A DNA stretch of 64,000 bases from Azolla caroliniana (Eukaryota; Plantae; Polypodiophyta), in the NCBI GenBank assembly GCA_043228905.1, contig JBHGNT010000007.1:12958001-13022000 (forward strand). Direction: 5' to 3'. The notes beneath the pieces were generated by a model, which was given only the letters and a program-made list of their open reading frames with translations, ran no database searches and was not told the origin of the DNA. Positions 23,567 through 34,352 of this stretch are shown in pieces. The first letter of the stretch is position 1; each line of letters starts with the position of its first letter. The position numbers and the translations under genes were made by a program.

Positions 23567-26500
23567 CAACCTTGTATACCAAGCACAAGGTTTACACCAT
23601 TTAGCTAGTTTAATTGTTTTAGAATGTATTTCCATTATTATACTTATCCCATGTTTATTTTCATACATGGAAGCTCAAATGAGCGAGATGTCTATCATGC
23701 ATCACATGTAATGCATAACGCCAAATGGCAATCATGCATCACATGCATTTCATGCATGTCTTTACCCTCACATGCATTATATGCATGGGGGCACCTATAA
23801 AAAGAGGGGAATCAAGTAAGGGAGGGAATCAAGAATAGAAAGTTAGATCTAATAATATAATCAAACAAACAAGTTAGCTTATTTGCAAAGAGGCTCATGT
23901 CTTGGAGTTGAAGTCAAGGGTTCAAATCCAGAGTTTGGCAAAGAAGCATTGTACAGTTTGTAAAATCATGTATTCTTAATATAAAGTTTGTTCTTATCGT
24001 ACCATTTCAATTCTTTAATCATACATTGTCTCTGTCTCTTATTTATGCTTGTTTCTCTTACACACATTACTTTTAACTCTTCTTCTTCCTATCCTTAATC
24101 TTTCAAACATCAACACACAAGCCTTACAAAAAATTTAGCCGACTCCCTTTATCCTTACTCCCTGTGACTTCGCCGCACGAACCACAACTACCCCAACACA
24201 TTTGGTGAACCCGACGTGAAGGCAGCGACAAAGAGAAATGGAGGAGCAAATGAGGCTTATGTGTACGATGGTGGAGCGAATGATGCGAGAGCAAGGGATG
24301 ATGGCAAGCATCGACAAAGCCATTGACAATATTCATGCTCGAGTAGGAATCTTCGAAAGTATAAATTTAGCAAGATTTCTAAAGATTTACAATGAAGAAA
24401 TGCTTAAACGTGGTGTCGAAGAAGCTGCAAAAATTAATTGCTTTAGTCGAGTTGCTACGATTGGGCTACAAGAGAGGATCCAAGAGCTATAGAGGGAGCA
24501 TCAGACATGGGCGACTTTCGAAAGTGCATTATTGAATGAATACAACCTCAACGATATATCAAGGATGACAAGGCGAGCTTTCATGGATTGGGTAGAGTCT
24601 AATAAACATTTTAAGTGTTTTGGATGTATTAAAAGAGTTTTCTAAAAGATTTGAGCAATTAAATACTAGGGATAGAAATATACTAATGTCAGATAAAGTA
24701 ATATTGTTTCTCCAAGCCACTAATATTAAAGACAGGAAGGACTTGGGAATGCTTTTGGTAGATCAAAATAGTTCGAGTGGACTTACCAAAGATTGGGAGG
24801 AGGTGAAAAGGGTTTGCGCCCATTTCTGTAAAAGAAAGTTATGGTTTATGGAGCTACCGGAGTAGAAGGGAGACGAAATGGGGAACGACTTGGGAGAGAA
24901 GAAAATAGAAGATCCACTCTTGCACGAGTTGGTGAAAGGCATGAAAGACATGTCGATCAAAGTGACAAAGTTAGAATTGGGACAAAGCTCAACTTCGTTA
25001 AGGCAAGGAGGTGGAATGGTCCGAAGGTGTATGTGATGTGACAAAATTGACCATCAGAAGAAAGACTGTCAAGAACATAGGGATGCTCTTAATCATGATA
25101 AAATCTATTATCAAGATGGTAAGATTCACTTGACACAGACTCGACAACCACTTGAACTCAACTTCGGGCGAGGTGGAATGAAAAAGCTAATGGAAGATGC
25201 CGAGAGAGAAACAACTCAAGCGATACAATCTATCACAACGTTAGGGTTGCGTGTAGAAGACTCATATGGTGGATTTGGCTTTTGGCAAGATGTGATGGAT
25301 TATGCAAGAAAAAGGAAGGTTCGAGTGGATGAATTAAAAAGAGTGGGAGATGAAATACGAAACTTCACTGGATGGAATGATCTAGTAGAGACACCATCAG
25401 CATTCGCCCAAGTGAATGCACAAGAGGCACTAGTGGAAGAGAAGTGAAAGAGAGCTTAGGAGGTTGATCCGGCAAAGAAACATGAGACACGAGAACAAAA
25501 GAGAAGGGATATGGAAAAGGGTGCTCCTGAAACGAAGGAAGCTGATAGAGTAAAAGGGAAGACAAGCCCATCTTTCAAGCTTGCTTCTGACATAGAAACA
25601 ACGACGCATTTAAAAAAGGTACTAGAAACAAGTCTAATATTAAATAGTAAGGTAGAATTTACTTTAAGAGAAGCGTTGGGTATAGCAAAGAAAGAATTTC
25701 ATGAAGTTATCATAGATATTATTAGAAGAAAGAGACAGGTGACGGAGGAAGTTATGGGAGGGTGTTCAACAACACTTCGAGATTTGTATGGTGGCACCAT
25801 TAACGCTGCAAGTGTAAAAAACAGAAATGATGTTGGGGTTCATGAAGAGGATAGGAGTCACTATACAAGGGGCCATTGGGCTCGAGCAACAACAGAGGCA
25901 CTTACAAAAATTGGGGAGCAACAAATTCCAGTATTGCTTTGATCGATCATGGATCCGAGATTAACATAATGTCGTCGGAATTTTATGCTCAAGGACGGTG
26001 ACCGATCGACAAGAATCATTGGTGGAAGATAAGAGTTCCCACAGAGACCATGGAAGATTTATTCGGAGCATGTCCTAGTGTGAAGGTAACAATTGGTGAT
26101 GTGTCGGTGAATCAAAATTTCTTTGTGCAGGATCGATCAACCTACCCCATCATCGATGGTCAGCCTTACATCACCGCAGTCAGGATGGAAATAAAGGTGA
26201 TTGATGATGGTTCGGCTTTCGCGAGAATCATATAGTCCAATTCTTAACCATGAGGGCCAACCATGAAAGAAATAAAGAATGCTTGCGGGAACATCTAGTT
26301 CGGGAGGTGGATGAAGAATTTTCCCAAGATTTTTAGATAGGGCTTTTATATGTAGGGGTTGTGATAGCCCGGACATGAAAGAAAACGCCATGAATAATAA
26401 TGTAAATAAAGAAACACATTCGCGTTCACAAGTAGAAGGATAACGCATAAATGGAAGGATAAGGAATATTTTGGTTGATTTTAGGGTTTTTTCAATGATT

Positions 26501-26780
26501 TTACAAAACACATTGATACCAGTATCATACATGTTCAAATATACTATGAAAAAGGTTAAAAATCCACTATTTTCGTGATTTAGAAGTAAATAAAAAAAGA
26601 AGAATTTCAAAAAGTTACATTCTCAATTTATATCACAAACTTTACAACCAATGTTATTTTATAAGAAACTCTTTTTTAAAACTCATAAGAATTCAAAACA
26701 CATGCTTTTATATTACTCGATTTGTTACAAGCAAAATGTAGTTACACTTAATAGTCTAAAATACATTCATGATCACTCCT

Positions 26781-29609
26781 TTATGGAGAATCACTACTAT
26801 AACTAATATACAATGCCGATTCCTCCTCGTCATCCTCGGATGTACCAATCAGTGCATTATCTTCGTCATAAACGAAATGATTTGACTCTATATTATATGT
26901 AGCAGATCTCGTTTGCCTTCGACTCGAGCCAGCTTGTAGACCTGGTAATTTTTCTTTTATTATATCTATTGTTGTCTTCCTTAATCATCAGGCTTTTGTA
27001 AGTGTGAAGTCGTACACGATGATATCCACATCAGAGATATCAAGGGTTGAGGTGGTACAAATGTTTCGCTTCCTCTTCGGAATCCTACCTCCCCTTGTTG
27101 TTGGGCATTCAATCATCTCCAACGTATACTTACCTGTAAAAGCATTCAATCATCTCCAACGTATACTTACCTGTAAAAGCATTTGCACTTCTAATGTTGT
27201 ACCAATGAACATTTATAGACTTGATCGTGTTTTCTATTTCATGCATTAGCACTTCTAGAATTTGACCAACCCAAAATTGGTGGCCATGGGAGTTCTCATC
27301 AGCCAGCGTTGCAATCAACATCCCCACCGCGAGCTCTTTCAAATTGCCTTGCCATCTAGCTTCAGCTGCTTTGGTCATCCTTGGTCCCACATAAATGTCT
27401 CTTTGTTGTGGATGGACCAAACTGTCATTAACCGCATTTGTTGGTTGCTCCGGAGTTTTATTTACATGATCATGTTGCAACAACCATGTGAATGGTGTTT
27501 TCAAATTCCAATTATCACCAAATACACAATTGTCTATAATTCATTTCTGATCACTAAAAAATACATCCCACCATGATGTGTCTTGTTATGCGGCATATTT
27601 CTTGTTGGCCTCAATATGCTTTCTTTTTTCTTCTAAGGCTTGGAGCCATCACCGTTTTTGTTCCGATACCAAGTCACTATGCAACTGTCCTTTCTTCTCA
27701 ATCGGCATTTGTTTAGCTCCATGGACAATAGTACTCAGCATACAAAGTAATAACTGGCAACCACCTTCAGGTTCCCATGTTGTAGAAGATGAATATTGTT
27801 TAGCATAAAAAAGCGTAGAACCACTTATTTCATTTTTCTTTATCATAAAAATGTGATTGAAGCTTATATTGTTTAACTGGGCGAGCACTTTAACATTCCC
27901 AACACCCCATCTAATAAATATCTCTTAAAGTCATATTGCTCCTTCAAGCGTAACACTTTTGGTTGTAGTGTATATGCATAAAAAATGACATCAAATAGTT
28001 TAGGTAATGTGAAAGCATCATGCCGAGACAACTATCTGGAGAATGTGCTAAACATCTGATCTATATGATCATGTGTGTGGCCAACCAAAAGATATTTGAC
28101 TTTCACTTTTCTAAACAATCCTTGGTTGACCAACATACTTAGATAGCCAAACATAGTTGAATTTTTGTTCTCTCTTGCAGTATTGTCCAATTGAATGTAT
28201 AGAACAGAGGGGAATGGTTGGCCCCAAGACATCAAAACTCGGTGAATCACTGTAACTGTTAGGTTAGATTCATTATGAACATTGGGGTATGTAATGGAGA
28301 TGTGAGGTCCAATTGACCTATTATAAGCCAAGCATCCCACCAAGTGCATTTGAACAAGGCACTCATCATTCACGTCTTTGGGGAGCCTCCGCATATGCGA
28401 CAAGCACGTCTTCTTCTGGTTCATACCATCTATCATTAAGCACATGTATTGTTCGGGCCTCTTCAAACACTTCTCTCGATGATGCATCACCTTCTTTCGT
28501 TCTAACGATTGTGCATCACGATGCTCCTGTAGTAACTTCTTACTCATATCCTTTTCCATTGATGTCTTTGCACCTTTAGCCAAACTTTTAAGATTTGCAC
28601 AAATGGAACAATACCCCATGCGTACTTTACGTGGAATAATAACATTTGAAAACCGAGCTCTCCATAATCTTGTGAATTGGCTATATGTGATAGACTTATT
28701 ACGTGAGCCCACCATATCAGATCGATAGACATCATAAACTTTCCAACGTGTGTAATTATCAAAGAAGTGCATCCTACCTGTAGTGGGCATTACTTCACAA
28801 TTTAACTGAAAGTAACTTTTCATCCAACCAATAGCATGTCTTCCAATTGCACCTTTCATACTTGGAACCTCTTCACAATTGAGTATCTGATCCCCGCTAA
28901 GTAGACGTTGTTGTACTCTATGTAGCCGCATGTTACTAACACATAACACAATTTTGAATGCAACTCTACATATCTGTTGCGCATGGAAGATATAATACTC
29001 GAATGATACTTTGATCCCCGTACATTTGTCAAAGACTAGTTGCATATGTGACCCGAGGTAAGTGTCTTGCTCATCACCATTCATCGAAAAATAGTATCGC
29101 CTTAATTCTCACAACATTGATTTTCCAATCATAGACATACAACCATGGGCACAACATATTTTTTTGACATCAAATCCAATCTGGTTATCTGATGTCACCA
29201 AGTTAAGTCTAGCCAAACAAATTCTTCATGGGATTCTTCTAATATGCATAGGGCTTCCAGATTTCTCTTCCTGCATAGAAGTTGGTGTAACCTCGTTACT
29301 ATCCAATTCTTGGTTGTGACCATCGCCCATGGTATTTGATGTTTCATTGGCACTACCTTCATTCTCCGTATCTTTATTAATATCGTATTTTTCAATAGAG
29401 AACTCTTCACATGTGTCATTATTCACATTCGTTGTAGGTGAAGATGAGCTTAGACAATATCCTTTGATAGAAGGTGGTGAGTCTGTCGACAAACAATATT
29501 CTTTAATAGAAAATGGTGAGTTTGTTGAAAAACAATACTCTTCAGTAGAAAATGAAGAGTCTGATGACAAACAATATTCTTCAATCCAGAACAGTGAGTC
29601 TTCACTCAT
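26781..29609 (-). pseudogene. DDD transposase (Sola1/DUF7869-like motifs), frameshifted
   Basis: MGYCSIC; MCLMIDGMNQKKT; LYIQLDNTARENKN; VGHTHDHIDQMFS. N-terminal 13-aa repeats. Family name is from motif recall, not a search. Confidence 0.82.
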
Positions 29610-30307
29610 GGCTTAAGGTCCACACAGAGCTCTTTAAGTTATGTGCTTAGGCTAACATAAAAAACTGATAAGTTCCTCTCTAAACATATACTCTTCTCTA
29701 AACATAAACTCCTCTCTAAACAGAAGCTCCCTCAATATAATGTCTATATTATTTAATATTATATTAATACAATACATAAAGATAATATTTTTAATATAAT
29801 AATTGTATTCAAGATATTAATAATTACTTAAACTAGTCTGTATAAAGTTAAATCAAGTATAATATAATTACAATAATTACCAAGCCATATATATGTTGGT
29901 TAAAGTTAAAATCATTGGTTAATTAATGGCACCCATATTTAATATAGAACTTCTCAATTATTGGTCCATTCATGCCCACCATTTTAAATATAAGACATTT
30001 CAATCATTGGTTCATTCGTGGCCACATCTTTAATACAATGCAATTAAGAGTCATAAAATGTTGCTTCGAGTAATCAATCATTGGTTCATTCACGAACCTC
30101 TATCATTGTTTCCTTCATGACCTTCAAAGTCATTGTATGTTAGTTTGACTATAAAATAATCATCAATATGTTAGTTTGACTATTTAATAATTGATGCATT
30201 CATAACTAACTCTGGTTAAAGTGACTGTGGTTACTAACTAACTAACCTCAAGCTTGCCAACCCTGGTTAAAGTGACTATGGTTACTATAACCACTATGGA
30301 CAATCCC

Positions 30308-30315
30308 TATAAATA
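30308..30315 (+). promoter_or_regulatory. TATA box of the ParB-MTase gene
   Basis: CCCTATAAATAGG ~140 bp upstream of ATG 30450; conserved in copy 2 (63235) and as CTATATATAGG in copy 3 (~57424). Confidence 0.6.
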
Positions 30316-30449
30316 GGAAGATCTCCTCATATTTCAATCACACGAAGCACATGCGCAAAAGAAAGCACAAGAGCACATAGATCAAACAAAGCACACAGAG
30401 CATGAAGCACCAAAGCGAGATCTCCGCCTAAACATCGACAAGATCAACC

Positions 30450-33400
30450 ATGTCTTCAAACAAAATCGAGTGTCAGGACTCCAAGTAAGCCTCTGACACT
30501 GTGGACATTTTTGTAAATATATTTTAGCACTCAGGAACTCGATACGCCGTATCGAGTTCTTGTATTATGTACGTGTTTTATACAGGAACTCGATACGCCG
30601 GATCGAGTTCTTGTATTATGTTCGGGTTTTATATAAGAACTCGATACGTTGTATCGAGTTCTTGTGTAAAGCATGTGTTTTATATAGGAAATCCATACGC
30701 CGTATCGAGTTTTTGTGTAAAGTATGTGTTTTTTACATGAACTAGATACCCTGTATCGAGTTCCTGTATAAACACGAACTATATATAGGAACTTGATACG
30801 GCGTATCGAGTTCTTGTATAAAACACAAAGTTTAAAGAGGAATATTGTGTCTTTGGTGCAACAATATAGTATATGTGTGAAAAGATATCAAACTTTCTGT
30901 CAAATTCAGATTTTTTTAGTGACATTTGCCATATTTTGTAACAAATAGGGGCCTTATGTATAGAGGTTTTATGATCTATTATAGCTTAAAATAGTAGAAA
31001 ATAACCCACGAATTACCTTTATGATACCAAAAATCACGTCTATTATATGCAAATTCTCTACAATATACAACCTTAATCTAGTTGACCACCTAACTTATGT
31101 TTTCGCATGTCCTTTCTTAAATAGGTCGTTTGAGAACTTGTCAGACCAACTTGTGAAGAAGATTAAGCTCCGGATACAGGGCTCTCCCATTGAAAGTCAG
31201 ACCCTAATAGCTCCTGAGAACATGAAGAGAGGAAAAAAGCTTCTCTTCAACAATGAGACAAAATCTCAAGCACCCAATGAGGTCAGCCAAAAGAAAATAT
31301 TAGCAACTACTGGTGGTGAAGACCTTCCTAACCGTGATCTAACGGACAAGGAATGGTGTCTACAATACGTCAACTCCAAGAAAAAATTCGTGTTGTATAT
31401 AGCAAAGAAGAAGGGTGAGGGGTAGCTTGAAAATGAAACTGCATTTATGTATGGCCGTATTCTAAGATTTGACTACGAAGATTTAAATTCGGCCAACATT
31501 CTTCTAATGATAGAGTGCTCTAAGGGGGTATGTAAAGTGTTCCTTTTTGAAGATCTACTAGTAAAGGAATGTTGTGGGCGAGAAGCTTTTAAAAAAGATC
31601 TAAAAAGCTCACAAAATCTTATTGTCGCCTTGAGGCCTTACATACAAGGCCATGTAACTCTAAGGGAGCCCTTGCCCTCCCTAGTGAAGGCCCCGAAAAG
31701 GGCATCCAAAGTACAATCAAGACCACCAAAAAAGAATACCACTAAAATGTCGGACTCTGACTCATCAAGCTCAAATAAAGATGAGGACATTAAGGGGACG
31801 CCAGGAGCTGAGCTGGCATCGGGTGTGTTGTCATCCGAGCAGTATAAGATACAGAGAGAGTTAATGCAATGTAAACTGATCAGGAAAGGGCAAGTGTTTA
31901 ATTTGCCTATAACACACATCCATCGGCCCCCTATAGATGAAAAAACAGGACGAAGATCACTTGAGATTAGAGAGCCACACCGAATGCATGTTCAAAATCT
32001 CAAGAAAAAAATGAAAATTAATCCACATAGTACCGTTGTGCCTTTCATTATTATGGTGGATCCCAAAGAATGTGAAACCATTGATGATTTTGATATAAGA
32101 AAGCATGATCAATACAATTACTTTGTAATTGGTGGATCGCATTCGGTAGAGGCACGTTAGCAACTTGTGAGAGAACATCCAACGACTTTCTTCTTCAAGT
32201 ATGCCGAGTGCAAAATTTACGTGGGTCTCACAACTGAAGAGGCAAAGCTGTTGGCATGGGACCACAATAACGATAATGACTATAGGTAGAAAATGTCATC
32301 AATGGAGCGCATTAGGTTCTTCCACCACGAGTATTTGGACGTCAAACAAAAGTTTGGTGTGAAGCTACATCCAGGCCTACGACGTCAATGCTTGCATGAA
32401 GTCGGCGTTGTGGTAGATGATAATGTTAAGTCTGATGGTCTTCGGAAATATGAGTCTTGGTTTCAACTTGCCTTTAAAGATGGAGAAGTATGGGACCTAC
32501 AAGATCAAATCTTCTCAATGTGGGAGAATAAGGAGGTCAAGGGTCAACGACAAAAGAAATGTAAGGTAGACCCTCAGCTAGAATTAAAGTCATAAGCCGC
32601 CAAGAAAATTGATTTGACAATTGAAGAAGCGGTTGACGACATGAAGCTATCTTTGTGGAGAGAGATGCAAGGTATTAAGGACGAGCAACTTCTTGTGGCT
32701 GTTTTGTCAAGGGTTGGGGTGAAAGATTTAAGCCTTGAAGAAATGGTCATTGAGTGCAATAAGTAAGTCTTTCAAATAGTGATATTGAATTCAATATGGT
32801 GCAATTGAAAGTTTTAATCTCGTTTTCTAATTTCACAGTCATAAGGTGTACATGAAGATCCAAAAAGTTATGATGAAACAACTTGGATGTATAACTTGGG
32901 AACAAGTGACCGAGGATTATCCTCTAACGTCTTCATATAATGCGTTATCCGAGTATTTGATTGCATTCAAGGATTGGGTTAGTATTGGTGGTTTTTCATT
33001 AAGCTTTCCTCATATGTAGAGCTTGTATAATAATACTTGATGTCCTATTGCTTCTATTTGAAACCGTGTCGTGGCAAGAAACAAGGAGAAGTTACGGATA
33101 TACACGATTTCCTGACATCCTTTCTTGCACATCTCGAGAGAGCCAGAAAAGAAAAGGATCGTTGCTTAGTCAAGGCGTACGAAATGGAGGAAGATGGCTC
33201 CTTCAAAAAATTTAGCCATAAATAGGATATTACGAGATATCTTTACTACAATGTGGTTTGCGACGATTTCGTTGACATGATCCAAAAAGTGCCAAAGAAG
33301 GAATATACGCTAATGATTGCATATATTCCATACGGATTTTGAGTGGCAAGGTCAGCATACGACGATGAACCGTTTAGGTTTAAACAGTTGGAGAAGATGG

Positions 33401-34352
33401 TCAAGGATTTTGCTGAGCTAACGACTGCATCTTTGTGGAGAATAGTTGTCTTTCATAGTATGGACCAAGGGTACTCGGTAGGTCAAGCTTTGAGATCTCG
33501 TTGTCATGGCATTGAGAACCTTACATGGTAAGGATTATTTATATGTCTTGTTCACTATATTGCCTTTCTTAAGATTGTTCAATCTATTCTTAACTCCATA
33601 TAATATTTGTTATAGGATAAAAACCAATGTAAATAGAGGGCCAACCTTTCGGTTCGTTAATGCCATTGAATACATTACGGTTGGCTACTTCGATGAAATT
33701 AAGAAACAAAGAATCAAGGAGCATTCTAATGAAGTGGGAGGTTCAAATTTGCTGGTATATCCAGCAGTGACACGGAAATTGCGACATGTCACCACGACAG
33801 AACGAGGACTTGTCAACCCATACCAAAAACCTCAATGACTTATGATGCGCTTGATCGAGATGTTTTCTGTAGAAGGAGATTGGATATTAGAACTCTTTTC
33901 TAGCACAAGTATTCCTCGAACTAGGTTAACGATCTTGAGATAACCAATACTTAATCTTTTCTGTTTGAGAACTAATTCTTCTTGTTACTTTCTTCACAGG
34001 GACAATGTTTGCATGTGCATTGAAGCTCTTTAGAAACACAGTTGCATTAGAGAAGGACGAGGAGCAAGTTATATTTATAAACATGAGGATTAAGGCTTTG
34101 TGGGAGAGCCCAGACCAGGACGAGGAGGTCAGTGCAAAGAACCTCGTTGATACTGAAAGGTTTCAACCTGCTTCGCGAGAGCCTTTTCCTCCACTAGCCG
34201 GGGAACTGGGGGAGCTAATAGAGCTTGATGATGAGCTTATAGAAGATATTTTGTTGGCTTGGCTAACAGGGGAAGCCAATGTACCTATAGCCGAAGAGAC
34301 TACTATATAGGATAATGAAGAAAATGACATTGACGATTTTCTTGCTATGTAA
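30450..34352 (+). pseudogene. Spliced gene: ParB/Srx-like domain plus beta-class N6-adenine/N4-cytosine DNA methyltransferase; several stops
   Basis: Exons 30450-30484, 31125-32762, 32839-32977, ~33060-33527 (acceptor unclear), 33616-33908, 34000-34352. ParB-like: EIREP..HVQNLKKKM...YFVIGGSHSVEAR...GLTTEEAKLLAWDHN. MTase: VVCDDF...YTLMIAYIPYG...W|IKTN...EY...NPYQKP.LMMRLIEMFSVEGDWILELFSST|.T...RNTVALEKD. Confidence 0.82.
30535..30813. repeat. Six palindromes GAACTCGATAC-NNN-GTATCGAGTTC at 51-bp period, in intron 1
   Basis: Units start at 30535, 30586, 30637, 30688, 30739, 30789. Confidence 0.92.

Noticed and set aside
30560-30745. ORF MYYVRVLYRNSIRRIEFL (and 57931-58176)
   Set aside because: Translation of the 51-bp repeat, which is a multiple of three; lies in a predicted intron.
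30450-34352. Bacterial contamination or prophage as source of the ParB-MTase
   Set aside because: The gene has phase-consistent spliceosomal introns and a TATA box, and lies inside TIRs nested in plant retroelements.
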